DNA of 64,000 nt from an uncultured cyanobacterium (lineage in GTDB: Bacteria > Cyanobacteriota > Cyanobacteriia > PCC-9006 > JAAUQQ01), in the NCBI GenBank assembly GCA_963718615.1, contig OY970368.1, positions 5,760,001 to 5,824,000 of the forward strand, in the 5' to 3' direction. The position numbers and the translations under genes are program-made. Of the stretch, positions 47,134 through 57,478 are shown one piece after another. The stretch's first letter is position 1. Every line of letters starts with the position of its first letter. The notes below the pieces were generated by a model. The model made no database searches. It was not told the origin of the DNA and saw nothing but the letters and a program-made list of their open reading frames with translations.

Positions 47134-48912
47134 ATGTCCAGATCTGATGGATCGTCCCTTCGAAAGTCGAACTCTCCGGTGCAAAACGGCAACGGCTCTT
47201 CTTTCCTCAATGGCAATGGAGCCCATGGCAACGGGGCTAACGGCAATGGCAATGGAGCCAACGGTAACGGGGCCAATGGCAATGGAGCCAACGGTAACGG
47301 CGGTCCTGTGCCTGCTGCACCGGAGCCTCAAGCGGCCCCCCTACCCCCAGAGCCGCGCTTTGACAAGCCCGTTATTTTAAGACAATCTCCGGTTTGGGCA
47401 GCGGCCATTATTGGCTTGATTTTGGGCGTCACTACCTTTTCGGTGGGCTGGGCTGCGTGGGCCAAGGTGGACGAGGCTATTCCCGCCCAGGGAAAGCTGG
47501 AGCCCCAGGGGGCGGTTAAGGAGATTCAGGCTCCTGTGGGAGGGGTGGTCGAGGACATTCTGATCGAGGATGGTCAGCGGGTGCGCAAGGGCGATGACCT
47601 CATCCTCTTCGATCAAACGGCAGCTCAAGCCGAACTGGAATCCCTAGAAAAAGTGCGGTCAGCCCTCGTCTCAGAGACACAATTCTATGAAGCCCAGTTA
47701 AGCGGTTCTACCAGTGCTATTGCCTTGCCACCGGAGAAGATTCCGCCTGCTCTAGCAAAATTGACCGAGAATCGAGCCGCTTTGGTCGCTGAGAATGAAC
47801 TGTTTCGGGCACAGCTTAACGGTACGAGCCCTGCGACCTTGGATAACTCCCAGCAAGTTCGGCTGCAAACCAATTTAGCCGAGCAGAACTCACGGGAAAT
47901 GGCGGCTCAATTGGCGATTTCTCAGTTAACTCAACAGTTAAACCAAGCCCAGGTTCGATTGGCGAATACACAACAGAAATTAATCAATGCCCAGAGTCAG
48001 CTGGTCAGCGCCCAGGGGCAATTGGAGAATTCTCGGGATCGCCTGTCAATTGATGCCAAAATTCTGAAGGATATTCAGCCTCTGGCCGAAGAAGGTGGAA
48101 TTGCCAACATTCAGTTCTTGAGACAAAAACAGGAAGTCAGCAAGGGCGAAGCGGACGTTGACCAGCAGATTGCTGAGGTGAACAATCGTCAAGCTGAAGT
48201 GACCAACCAGCAAGCAGAATTAATGCAGCTTCAGCAGGAAACCCAACGCTTACAGTTGGCGATCGCCCAGTCCCAAGAAGAACTTTCCAATACCGTTGCC
48301 CGCTCCCAGCAGGATCCCCAAACGAGAATCGCAGACAACGACAAACGAGTTTCTGAGATTGACAGTCAATTAACCAAGCTCATTGTCGAGAACAAAAAGC
48401 GCGTCAGTGAGCTCGACGGACAAATTAGTAAGGCCAAAGTGACGCTGAGCTATCAAAAGCTAGAAGCCCCCGTAGACGGTACTGTGTTTGACCTCAAGCC
48501 CACCGGGATTGGCTACGTCGTTAATAGCAATGAGCCGATCCTCAAAGTCGTGCCCTCCGAAGGGCTGGTGGCCAAGGTCTTTATTACCAACCGTGATATT
48601 GGCTTTGTCCAAGAAGGCATGGAAGTCGATGTCCGCATCGACTCCTTTCCCTATAGCGAATTTGGCGATATCAAAGGGGAATTAATTTCGATTGGCGATG
48701 ATGCATTGCCCCCTGACCAGATTTATCCGTTTTATCGTTTTCCCGCTAAGGTGCGATTAGACCGACAGTCAATCCGGGTGAATGGCAAGGAAATTGAGCT
48801 GCAATCAGGGATGTCCTTAAGCGTCAATATCAAAACTCGGCCTCGACGGGTGATTACTTACTTTACCGATCTGTTTACCCGCAAGATTGACAGCTTCAAG
48901 TCTCGCCAGTAG
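47134..48912 (+). CDS. hlyD: HlyD-family membrane fusion protein with Asn-Gly repeat N-tail
   Basis: A.GKLEP.G.VKEIQAP.GG, coiled coil, APVDGTV, DIGFV, FPYSEFG, GMS. Confidence 0.92.
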   Translation: MSRSDGSSLRKSNSPVQNGNGSSFLNGNGAHGNGANGNGNGANGNGANGNGANGNGGPVPAAPEPQAAPLPPEPRFDKPVILRQSPVWAAAIIGLILGVTTFSVGWAAWAKVDEAIPAQGKLEPQGAVKEIQAPVGGVVEDILIEDGQRVRKGDDLILFDQTAAQAELESLEKVRSALVSETQFYEAQLSGSTSAIALPPEKIPPALAKLTENRAALVAENELFRAQLNGTSPATLDNSQQVRLQTNLAEQNSREMAAQLAISQLTQQLNQAQVRLANTQQKLINAQSQLVSAQGQLENSRDRLSIDAKILKDIQPLAEEGGIANIQFLRQKQEVSKGEADVDQQIAEVNNRQAEVTNQQAELMQLQQETQRLQLAIAQSQEELSNTVARSQQDPQTRIADNDKRVSEIDSQLTKLIVENKKRVSELDGQISKAKVTLSYQKLEAPVDGTVFDLKPTGIGYVVNSNEPILKVVPSEGLVAKVFITNRDIGFVQEGMEVDVRIDSFPYSEFGDIKGELISIGDDALPPDQIYPFYRFPAKVRLDRQSIRVNGKEIELQSGMSLSVNIKTRPRRVITYFTDLFTRKIDSFKSRQ

Positions 48913-48946
48913 ATTCTGTCCGAAATCTTGTTTTAGCGTTCTTGTT

Positions 48947-48976
48947 AGGCCCTAGGGATTCCCTGGGGCCTTTATT
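48947..48976 (+). terminator. Probable intrinsic terminator after hlyD
   Basis: AGGCCCTAGGGA-T-TCCCTGGGGCCT followed by TTATT. Confidence 0.65.
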
Positions 48977-49360
48977 CTTGTCCATGGCTCCATGAACAAG
49001 AAGACCACCACGCGTACTCGTTTTGCCCAGAAGGATCTGGGCAGAACGCTGGAACGGCTGCTAGGGCTGCAAAATATTCTTCACTCCGTTTTCTCCCACG
49101 GAAGATACTCCTAATGTCTGGCTGATAAATCTTCAAAACCCCTTCAAAACCAGGACTTTCTCGGCAAAAATGAGTTTGTGTACATCACTTCTGCTCCCTT
49201 AAAAGGGCTTGATCAAGTGCTCCCAAACCTCCCAATCATCCTCAGAAAAATCGGCTTGGAAATACAACAAAATTTTAGATGCCACAATTGACTTAAATTG
49301 AATTAATCTAATACTCTGGGTAAAGAACAGCCAAATAATCAACCACGTATCGAGTCACAA

Positions 49361-49756
49361 ATGAGTGAGACTGCAACAGAACAATTGACCGGCAAGTCCC
49401 TTCTTCAAAAGGTCAAAGAGTTGAAGGAAGAAATGTCGAATCCCACCCGGCGAGAACTAGCGCGTCTCTGTGGGTACACTTCCAAAACTCGTAAAGGGGA
49501 AGCGCGCATCAATGTTGCCGAATTCTACGAAGAGTTGCTCAAAGCAAAAGGCTTAAATCTTGACTCCGAATCCGCTCAGCGTCGCGGTCGAGAAGCAACT
49601 TTCCGGGTTAGCGTCCAGAAGAATGGCCAAATTTTGATTGGTGCTGCCTATACAAAATCCATGGGTCTGAAGCCCGGAGATGAGTTTGATGTGAAGCTAG
49701 GCTATAAGCATATTCATCTGATTCAGCGCGATCTCGATGCTGAGGGAGATGAGTGA
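49361..49756 (+). CDS. Cyanobacterial AbrB-like transcriptional regulator (cyAbrB)
   Basis: LTGK.LL.KVKEL...A..CGY...GRE..FRVSVQKNGQILIGAAYT..MGLKPGDEF..KLGYKHIHL. Confidence 0.93.
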   Translation: MSETATEQLTGKSLLQKVKELKEEMSNPTRRELARLCGYTSKTRKGEARINVAEFYEELLKAKGLNLDSESAQRRGREATFRVSVQKNGQILIGAAYTKSMGLKPGDEFDVKLGYKHIHLIQRDLDAEGDE

Positions 49757-49821
49757 TAAACAGAAATCGCTAAGGTGAGGAACAGCAGCCGAGTTCATTC
49801 ACTGAGTTCATTGCTTCAGAG

Positions 49822-49856
49822 GGAGCTAAGACCGGAGCTAAGACCGGAGCTAAGAC
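49822..49856. repeat. Tandem repeat, 12 bp x3 (GGAGCTAAGACC)
   Basis: Read directly. Confidence 0.93.
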
Positions 49857-49882
49857 AAAGCGAGGAAGAGTGATGCCTCGAT

Positions 49883-49917
49883 AAACATCCTTGGAATTTA
49901 TGCCAAGGATGTTTTTT
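49883..49917 (+). terminator. Probable intrinsic terminator after cyAbrB
   Basis: AAACATCCTTGG-N8-CCAAGGATGTTT followed by TTT. Confidence 0.7.
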
Positions 49918-50352
49918 GTTGTAAATTAGGATTAAGTAAATTAGCGTTAAATTTTGTGCTTGAAGCCTCGAAGGGCTTGACGAAGGGCCTGACAGAGGCT
50001 GGGGCTGTCCTTTTGAAGATGGCGCATCCTTTATAGAATCTAATCGTTCTATAAATCTTTTATGAATGTGACCATAGGATACTTTTCTCCTGAAGCAGAA
50101 ATGGCAAGGTGATTGAAGGATAAAAGCAGGTCGTGATTTTTTTGCGAACAGCTTGGTTTGGTGTTCAATCGGTCCCTTGGTCATCTATTAACCCTTACCT
50201 TGAACAGATTAATAGCCTGCCAATCGTCGTTTGCGCATGGTCTACTTTTTTAACGGTCTACTTTTTAACTAGGTTCTCCGGGCTATTGTGTTTATACTAT
50301 TCGTAAGCACCCTTCGTCGCGCCCTGACATAGGCCATTCTCACGCACGCCTC

Positions 50353-51462
50353 ATGGACAAGCACGCGCAAGACAACCTACTTCGATTTCAGCAGCGAAGC
50401 CAACGTCATAGTTCTCTCGTTTCCCTTTGCGGAACCTCAGAGACCTTTCAAGGTCGCTATCGGATTCTCAAGGTTTTAGGCAAAGGTGGCTTTGGTATCA
50501 CGTTCTTGGCCTGTGACGTCAAGCTTCCCTCTAAGCCTCTATGTGTGATTAAACAGCTTTGTCCCAAGCTAAGTGATGAGGCTGCCTTAGAGCGGGCGCA
50601 AAAGCGTTTTGAGCGAGAAGCTCGAATTCTGGGAGAGCTGGGTGGACATGCTCAAATCCCGACGCTCATTAATTATTTTGAACGAAATGGCGAATTCTTT
50701 TTAGTTCAAGAGTATGTACGAGGCAATACCCTCAGCCAATTGGTGAAGCAGCACGGACCTTGGTCAGAACCCCAGGTTAGATCTTTTCTCGACGAAATTT
50801 TACCGCTGTTAACCTATATTCATGGGAATCAAGTCATTCATCGGGATATTAAGCCTCCCAATTTGATGCGCTGTAGCACCACGGGACGTTTGGTCCTTTT
50901 AGATTTTGGTGCGGTTAAAGAATGCATTTCCATTGAAACAGACGATACCCATCGGGCCTCAACCACGCATTTTGTCGGCACGATGGGTTTTGCACCGCCG
51001 GAGCAGTTGGCTTTGCGAGCCACTTATTCCACCGATATTTATGCGGTGGGCGTGACTTGTCTCTTTTTGCTGACGGGTAAATCCCCGGCCAAGCTCGGTG
51101 CGGATCCGGCAACAGGAGAACTGCGCTGGCGTAATTGTGTTGAGGTGAGTCAGCCGCTTGAGCGTATTTTGGAGGGGATGGTGAGTGTGGCTTTGCGCGA
51201 TCGCTACCAATCCGCCGCAGAAGTCCTCAAAATGCTCAATGTCGAGGAAGCACGGGATGAGCTAGAGCTTTGCATGCATCGCCAAGCCCCCCAGACCTTG
51301 GAGCAGAACGTACTTCCTTCCTACCAGTCTCCAACGACCCGTATGGCAGCTTCAATTCGAGAATGGCGCGAGCGGCGGCGTCCTAGCAATGGCTGGAGGC
51401 AACCCTGGGATCTGGGTGGGGCCGTGGGAGGTGGCTCGATCAATTTGATGTATTCCCAATAG
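50353..51462 (+). CDS. Hanks-type Ser/Thr protein kinase
   Basis: LGKGGFG, VIK, IHRDIKPPN, DFG, GFAPPEQ, DIYAVG. Confidence 0.93.
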   Translation: MDKHAQDNLLRFQQRSQRHSSLVSLCGTSETFQGRYRILKVLGKGGFGITFLACDVKLPSKPLCVIKQLCPKLSDEAALERAQKRFEREARILGELGGHAQIPTLINYFERNGEFFLVQEYVRGNTLSQLVKQHGPWSEPQVRSFLDEILPLLTYIHGNQVIHRDIKPPNLMRCSTTGRLVLLDFGAVKECISIETDDTHRASTTHFVGTMGFAPPEQLALRATYSTDIYAVGVTCLFLLTGKSPAKLGADPATGELRWRNCVEVSQPLERILEGMVSVALRDRYQSAAEVLKMLNVEEARDELELCMHRQAPQTLEQNVLPSYQSPTTRMAASIREWRERRRPSNGWRQPWDLGGAVGGGSINLMYSQ

Positions 51463-51490
51463 CCCTGCATTGCCTGATCAAACCCGACAA

Positions 51491-51525
51491 ACAAAAAGCC
51501 TCTGGCATCGCCAGAGGCTTTTTGT
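51491..51525. terminator. Bidirectional intrinsic terminator
   Basis: ACAAAAAGCCTCTGGC-ATC-GCCAGAGGCTTTTTGT between convergent genes. Confidence 0.9.
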
Positions 51526-51564
51526 AAGGACGAATTTCAAGGTTTAACAACCGACTACCGCAGC

Positions 51565-53196
51565 TTATCCCTTAAAGGAATTCAACCACTCGCGTAGCTG
51601 TTCGCCAGCAACCTCACGACCACCGAGGCCGAAGGCGATCGCCAGCGCCACCGCAATCCCACCGGTCAAGAGACCAAAGGCGAGGTTAATGATGCTCGGT
51701 GCGATCCCAATCAACTGAAGCGCCATCGCCCCAACCAGCACGAGAATCGCGATACGAGCCGCCTGAGCTAAAACCTTGGCCTGCTGGCCACCAGACATGT
51801 TGATCAAGCGGAACGCTAAATTGGCGAGATAAAGACCGATGGCAAAAACAACAGCCCCGGCGGCAATCTGTCCCGCAATCACGACAATTCCCTGCACCAA
51901 TTGGGTAAGGGAGTCGAGCTGAAGCGCATCCACCGCTTCCATCGCACCAAACAGCATAACGCCTACAAACGCTACAATGCCTGCGACTTCAGAAGGCGAC
52001 TTCGCCGTCGAGGTACTCGGTTCAACCGCAGGAGTTGTCCCTAGGTCACTGAAGGTTTCAACGGGAGCTGCTTCGCTTCCGAGTTCGGGAAAGCCTAGGG
52101 TTGAGACAATCCCGTCAAACCCAATGCTCGACAGCACTTGGGTAATCAGACCGGCAATAAACCGACCGATAAAGAACGCCACCGTCAAAATGATGGCCGC
52201 TTCCAAAATTGCCGGAATAGCGAGGAGAATTCGCTCCAGCATGGGGACAGCGGTTCCGGTGATGGCCTCAATATTGAGTGCCGTCAGGGCAGAAATCGCC
52301 GTAATCACCAAAATGAACGAGAAAATCAAAGTTCCCGCAATTTTGGAGAGTGATTGGCCCGAAGCACTTAAGCCCATGCGAGCACCCAGGCGATCGGCCC
52401 CTGCCGCCGCCAAAAAGTTGCTGATAATCGAGCGCACAACCTTGGCCACGATCCAGCCCACAAAGCCAATGATGACGGCCTTGAAAATATTGGGAAGCGC
52501 CGCAAGCAAGGTGTCAATGAGGTTCCGAACAGGTCCTAGGGCCTCTGTGAGCTCTAGGGCATTCAGAATCAAGGGTAGGAACAGGAGCCAGATTAGCCAA
52601 TAGAGGACATTCCCGAGCGTGTCGCTGAGTCCCTCCGTATCACTAGCCGCATCCGGATCACCGCTAATTTGGGTCAGGCGATGGCTCAACCCAAAACTAT
52701 CAAAACCACGGGTAAAGATGGTCTTGACAACCGTAGCCAAGAGCCAAGCGACCCCAGCCAAAGCACCCGCAGCGAGAAGCCGAGGTGCAAAGGACGTAAT
52801 TTCATCCAAGAACCCTTGAAGGGGGGCGGAAACCTGACGAAGTCCGAAGGCTTCTAGGGCTGCAATGATGGCAAACAGCATAATGCCCCAGAAAACCGCC
52901 GTCCCAATCCAGTTTTCAATGGGGGGAGCTTGGCTACCGGGGCTGCTGAGCATGCCAGCGATGCGATTGTCAAAGCTGGTCTTCTTGAGCAACCCTTTAA
53001 CGATGGAAGAGACAACAAATGCAATGACCGCCCCAATAAAGAGGATGACAATGGCCCCAACCACTTTGCTGCCAATCTGAAAGAGAGAGTCGGGATCAAT
53101 CCCTGCTACTACGCCAACCACAGAATGCCCAGACAAGGCAGTCAGCGTCGGATGCAACACGGATGGCCCAAGTAAATTATCATACATATAGGTCAT
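51565..53196 (-). CDS. Mechanosensitive-channel-like TM-helix repeat protein (CmpX type)
   Basis: Repeated P.I..A..I...G..IA helices; AIAFGLGGRE.A C-terminus. Confidence 0.82.
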   Translation of the reverse strand: MTYMYDNLLGPSVLHPTLTALSGHSVVGVVAGIDPDSLFQIGSKVVGAIVILFIGAVIAFVVSSIVKGLLKKTSFDNRIAGMLSSPGSQAPPIENWIGTAVFWGIMLFAIIAALEAFGLRQVSAPLQGFLDEITSFAPRLLAAGALAGVAWLLATVVKTIFTRGFDSFGLSHRLTQISGDPDAASDTEGLSDTLGNVLYWLIWLLFLPLILNALELTEALGPVRNLIDTLLAALPNIFKAVIIGFVGWIVAKVVRSIISNFLAAAGADRLGARMGLSASGQSLSKIAGTLIFSFILVITAISALTALNIEAITGTAVPMLERILLAIPAILEAAIILTVAFFIGRFIAGLITQVLSSIGFDGIVSTLGFPELGSEAAPVETFSDLGTTPAVEPSTSTAKSPSEVAGIVAFVGVMLFGAMEAVDALQLDSLTQLVQGIVVIAGQIAAGAVVFAIGLYLANLAFRLINMSGGQQAKVLAQAARIAILVLVGAMALQLIGIAPSIINLAFGLLTGGIAVALAIAFGLGGREVAGEQLREWLNSFKG

Positions 53197-53770
53197 CACC
53201 GGGCTTGAGAAAACTACAGACAACGAGAAACTGTGAAACTCAACTGCTCGGAGAGATGATCTGGGGTTGATGCAGAAGGAGGGACAGAGCTGCCACTCTT
53301 TTCCTTCTTCTTTGACCCCGAGGGCTCTGGAGAACCCGGTTTTGTCTAGGCTTTGCAAAGACCTGAGACATCGCGATAGACCGCTGAGATTATCCAACCG
53401 GAAACCTCACCACCATCTCAAACCATCAATCTCAAACCTTTAGGATGTCAATCGCATGAAGCCTAAATCAGTCCACTAAATCAGTAGAACTGTCCGGACT
53501 TCAGAGCAGATTGTCAAAATTAAAGGTCTAGCAGTCTACTCCTTGTAGATACTAGGGGAGTTTTTACCAGAAAAAAGATAACAGGCACAACAATTTAACC
53601 ATTTGCACCGGGTTTTCCGACTTTTCGTAAGAATCTTTTGTAAAACCAGCTATTCGTATTTGTTTCTGACGGCATTGCGACTTTTCGGCTGTCTAGAACA
53701 ATACTTTTGACGGTTTTAAGAATTATGGTTTAATGCTTGGCTCAAGGTGCAGTGCTTCTGATGGAGAAGA

Positions 53771-54226
53771 ATGAGCGAACTGCGGCGATTTGAAAATTCT
53801 CTTTGGATTGAGGCAAATGCAACAGCCGTTGAGCGGTGTTTTACGGAGTCGGCGTTGATGCATAGCTGGCTGAATCCGGTCTTACGGTGTGAGCCGATAG
53901 GACCGTGGAGCACTGCGATCGACAGTCAGATGCGTTTTTTGATTCAGGTCCCTTTTTGGTCAGACGATCGCAAACCTGCCCTCATCAGCCGAGTTGTAGA
54001 GCGGGGACCGGGGTTGGTTGTGTGGGCTTTTGATGGTTTCTTTCAAGGGCGCGATCGCTGGCAGTGCGATCCAGAAGCCAACGGTACCCGACTCACCAAC
54101 TGCTTTGAATTTGAAATTCCCAATCCGATCGTGCAGTGGGGCTTTGATCGCGTTGCAGCGGGCTGGACCCAAAAAGACATGGCCGCCCAGCTCCAGCGTT
54201 TAAAGCAGGTAGCTGAGCGGCTTTAG
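53771..54226 (+). CDS. SRPBCC/polyketide-cyclase family protein
   Basis: LMH.WLNP.LRCEP.G.WST...F.GFFQG.DRW.C.P. Confidence 0.8.
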   Translation: MSELRRFENSLWIEANATAVERCFTESALMHSWLNPVLRCEPIGPWSTAIDSQMRFLIQVPFWSDDRKPALISRVVERGPGLVVWAFDGFFQGRDRWQCDPEANGTRLTNCFEFEIPNPIVQWGFDRVAAGWTQKDMAAQLQRLKQVAERL

Positions 54227-54260
54227 TGGGATCGAGGCGTTGCTGAGTGGGGAATTAGGT

Positions 54261-54899
54261 TTATTTAGGGGGACAAACGGCACCCGTCAGATCCTTAAGG
54301 GACTGAAAACCCAGGATTTGCTTGATGTCTGAAAAATCTGACACCAGCCGCCCCACAATTCCCATGGCTTTTTCGCCATTGATGGAAAGCATTGACGGTT
54401 TGTAGGCTTTAAGGACTTCTAAGGCGGTCAGCTTTTGATCGCTGGTCGAGGCCATGACAGCAGAGCGAATGTCTTTCCAGGCTTCTGTCCCGGCGGGGGC
54501 CTGCACGACCGAGCCCATTTCTTTCAGGAGCAATTCACCCAGGTAGCTTTCTAGAGCTCGATTGGTCAGACGACTATCGAGGTTGAGCTCATTGTTGAGG
54601 AGGGATTGGGCGGTCACGCGATCGACTTTGCCCAAGTCCAGCAAAAGCTGAAGGTTGTCGGAGGCTTGGCCGGTTTTCGCGAAGGCTTCTACTTCGGAGA
54701 GGGGCAAATCAAGCGTAAACATACTGCCGTAGTTAAGCTTGATGGTCTCTAGGGCCTGGGCCTGGGGGGCGGTGGCGCACAATGCCAGGGCTGTGCCGAC
54801 GGCTAGCGCCAGTCCTGTGGGCAGAGATCGCTGGCAATAGCGGGCGATTCCCGTGAGGAACCTGTGGGAGGAGGGCAGCGTCTGTTGTACCTGTGTCAC
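54261..54899 (-). CDS. Exported DUF1400-domain protein
   Basis: Signal peptide AQA-LE.I.L.YG...L.L.E.E.FAKTG. Confidence 0.7.
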   Translation of the reverse strand: MTQVQQTLPSSHRFLTGIARYCQRSLPTGLALAVGTALALCATAPQAQALETIKLNYGSMFTLDLPLSEVEAFAKTGQASDNLQLLLDLGKVDRVTAQSLLNNELNLDSRLTNRALESYLGELLLKEMGSVVQAPAGTEAWKDIRSAVMASTSDQKLTALEVLKAYKPSMLSINGEKAMGIVGRLVSDFSDIKQILGFQSLKDLTGAVCPPK

Positions 54900-54947
54900 T
54901 TGCGAATATCTCCTAAAACTGAGCGGTGGGCCATGATTGGGCTCTGC

Positions 54948-55769
54948 CTAGAGCTGACGTCGCATGTCGGTCAAAAGCTCCCGAATGACTCGAGCATCTT
55001 CGGCGGCGGGAACTAGATCTAGATATCGTTCCAGGCTCTGAAGTGATTCATGCCATTGTGCTAATTCGTAGAGCACTAGGCCGCGATCGCGCAGCTCCAT
55101 AGGATCCTGAGGCGATAGCAAAAGTAGCCAATCGATGATATTTAGAGCGTTCCCAAACGCCTCCGCTCGGAGATAAATAATTTTTAAATTGGTCAGCATC
55201 CTGGTCAGAATTTGACGCGGGTTCACGTCCGGCAACATTTCAGGCCGAAATTCAATCCTGCGCTGATAGAGGTCTTCTAAGCGTCGCTGGCAGTCCTCGG
55301 CGAACAGAATTTCACCCCCATGGAAGGGATCCACATAGAGCGCCATGTCCGCCACCTGGGGCCGAATGATAAAGTGACCGGGCATTCCCACCCCCACCAT
55401 GGGAAAATCCAATCGCTGGGCCAGTTCCAGATAAAGCAGCGAGATCGTGATGGGAATGCCGGTGCGGCGATCGATCACTTCATTCAAAAAACTATTGCGG
55501 GGGTCGTAGTAGGCTTCAGTATTGCCCTTGAAGCCGAGATCTTGGTAGAGATATTGGTTGATCGCTTGAATAATGCGCAGAGGATAACGTTCCGCCGGAA
55601 GCCGTTCCTCGATTTCGGCAGCCATGGTGTCGAGGGCGTTGAAATATTCGTCAGGATCTAAGTCAGGATATTGACCCTGGGCGATGCAGAGGGCGGCCTG
55701 GGCGAGGTCGATGTCGTCATCGGGGACGGCGATCGCCCGCTGGAAACGCTGGTGCGCGATCGATTGCAT
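54948..55769 (-). CDS. SirB1 / transglutaminase-like TPR protein
   Basis: GF.GN...YYDPRNSFLN.VI.RRTGIPI, PGHF, RDRGL. Confidence 0.88.
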   Translation of the reverse strand: MQSIAHQRFQRAIAVPDDDIDLAQAALCIAQGQYPDLDPDEYFNALDTMAAEIEERLPAERYPLRIIQAINQYLYQDLGFKGNTEAYYDPRNSFLNEVIDRRTGIPITISLLYLELAQRLDFPMVGVGMPGHFIIRPQVADMALYVDPFHGGEILFAEDCQRRLEDLYQRRIEFRPEMLPDVNPRQILTRMLTNLKIIYLRAEAFGNALNIIDWLLLLSPQDPMELRDRGLVLYELAQWHESLQSLERYLDLVPAAEDARVIRELLTDMRRQL

Positions 55770-55797
55770 TGCAAATTTAGAACGTGCTGCCTTGATC

Positions 55798-57459
55798 CTA
55801 CGGTGTGATCTCGGGTTTTGTATCAAGATCCAAAAGACTTTGAAGCGGTTCTGCTTGCTGGTCATAGTCGGCACCGGAGCCGTATTGCCAAAGCGCCTGC
55901 CAGCGATGCAGCCGAAATTGGGTCTTGGGCTCATCACGACTGAGGGCTTCTAGGAGGGGCTGAAGCCAAGGCGAACTGGCCTGGAGCAGACTGTAGGCCG
56001 CGAGGGCAGTATAGTGACCGGTCCAACCGAGGAGGGTGGGCAGACCCACTTGGGGAATGACGGGGACAATTGCCCCCGGTGCCGTTAGCCCCGTTTTGAG
56101 CATCGTCTGGGCCAGGGCCGGAAACTGAATGACGTCCTGCAAAAAGGGTTTGAGCACCGTATCGCCGGACTGGTCCATGACGCGAAAAACTTGACTGAGG
56201 AGATGGTTAATCTGGTTGGGAGCAATGGATTGATTGGCCTTGGTGCTCATGGCCCGTTGGAAGAGCCAAGTGACGGAAAGATTGGGCTGATAACCGTTAA
56301 TCAGTCCCAAATCTCCACGGGATAGGCAATCAGCCTGGAGGGCTTCGTCGACGCCAGTCACCAGTCGGTCCAAATGCCGCAACAGCGCTCCAAATCCGCC
56401 AAAGCTCAGGGGGGACTGGGTGCCGCTGCTGTCGCCCACTTGTAAAATGCGGTCCCAGGCTGGTTTCAACGGACTCTGGCGGTAGGAGGGCAAAATACCA
56501 AACAGGGCGCGCTGGAACTGGAGTTGGTCGAGGCTAATCTGCTGGTATTGGGGGAGCAGTTCAAAATAATCGTCGAAGAGGGTTTGCAGACTGGGGCGAT
56601 CGCCCGTCGCATCCAAATAGGTAAATAAATAGGTCGTGCGGCCATCTCTTGCCGGGAATGCTTCCCAAAAATACTGGCAGCCCTGGCGCAGGGGGGTGAA
56701 CGAGACCATGAGATCGCCACTGTCATTGCGATCGTATCCCTGGGCGCAGGTACCCACAACGAGGCAAATGCCATCGGGGGTTTGGCCCTGGCGAGCCTGC
56801 TGGGCAATGGGCGAAAAGTGACCCATCATGTCGAGCAAGAGTCGGGTGGAAAAGGGCTGGTCGCCCGCTTGCAGGGTTACCCCTTGGGAACCGACGCTGG
56901 CTTGCTGAAACGCGGTGTGCTCGAATAGCTTCCCCCCAGCATCCAAAAATTTTTGTTTGAGCCGGTCGAGCAGGTAAACCGGATCTACGCCGAGATTGAG
57001 CACGTCATGAACGGTTGCTTCAAAACCAGATCCTTGCTTCCCTTGGTCATCGCCGTGGAAGGCAATGCGGGCAGGGTTGTATTGGGAGGCGATCGCCCCC
57101 TCCAGTTCTGCCTCACTAAGCAACTGCAACCGGACCAAGACCGATAGCTCTTGTCGCGAAATATTCCATTCCTGGTCTCGACCCCGCAGTTGCCCCCGCT
57201 CCAGCAGCGCCACCCGCCAGCCCCGTTGGGCCAACGCCGTTCCCAAGATCACCCCCAGCGTCGCCCCACAGATCACCACATCCCAGTTCGGGGAAGAATC
57301 TTGCCCCGAGACTGAAGCGTTGGACGCGGATTGAATAACCGGGAGAACCGAACGGCTTCCCGAGCGGATCGAAGTCCAGAGCGCATCGGCCCGCTGCAAT
57401 CCCACCCAGGGCTGACCTGGCATTTGCGACAGAATTTGCTCCGTAACCGATGCGTTCAT
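55798..57459 (-). CDS. cruP: CruA/CruP-family FAD-dependent lycopene cyclase paralog (CruP-like)
   Basis: G.TLG, GR.QEWNISR.EL, GD..G.QSPLSFGGFG, YGSG.DY. Confidence 0.78.
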   Translation of the reverse strand: MNASVTEQILSQMPGQPWVGLQRADALWTSIRSGSRSVLPVIQSASNASVSGQDSSPNWDVVICGATLGVILGTALAQRGWRVALLERGQLRGRDQEWNISRQELSVLVRLQLLSEAELEGAIASQYNPARIAFHGDDQGKQGSGFEATVHDVLNLGVDPVYLLDRLKQKFLDAGGKLFEHTAFQQASVGSQGVTLQAGDQPFSTRLLLDMMGHFSPIAQQARQGQTPDGICLVVGTCAQGYDRNDSGDLMVSFTPLRQGCQYFWEAFPARDGRTTYLFTYLDATGDRPSLQTLFDDYFELLPQYQQISLDQLQFQRALFGILPSYRQSPLKPAWDRILQVGDSSGTQSPLSFGGFGALLRHLDRLVTGVDEALQADCLSRGDLGLINGYQPNLSVTWLFQRAMSTKANQSIAPNQINHLLSQVFRVMDQSGDTVLKPFLQDVIQFPALAQTMLKTGLTAPGAIVPVIPQVGLPTLLGWTGHYTALAAYSLLQASSPWLQPLLEALSRDEPKTQFRLHRWQALWQYGSGADYDQQAEPLQSLLDLDTKPEITP

Positions 57460-57478
57460 GGTGTGGGTAGTAATGGAT

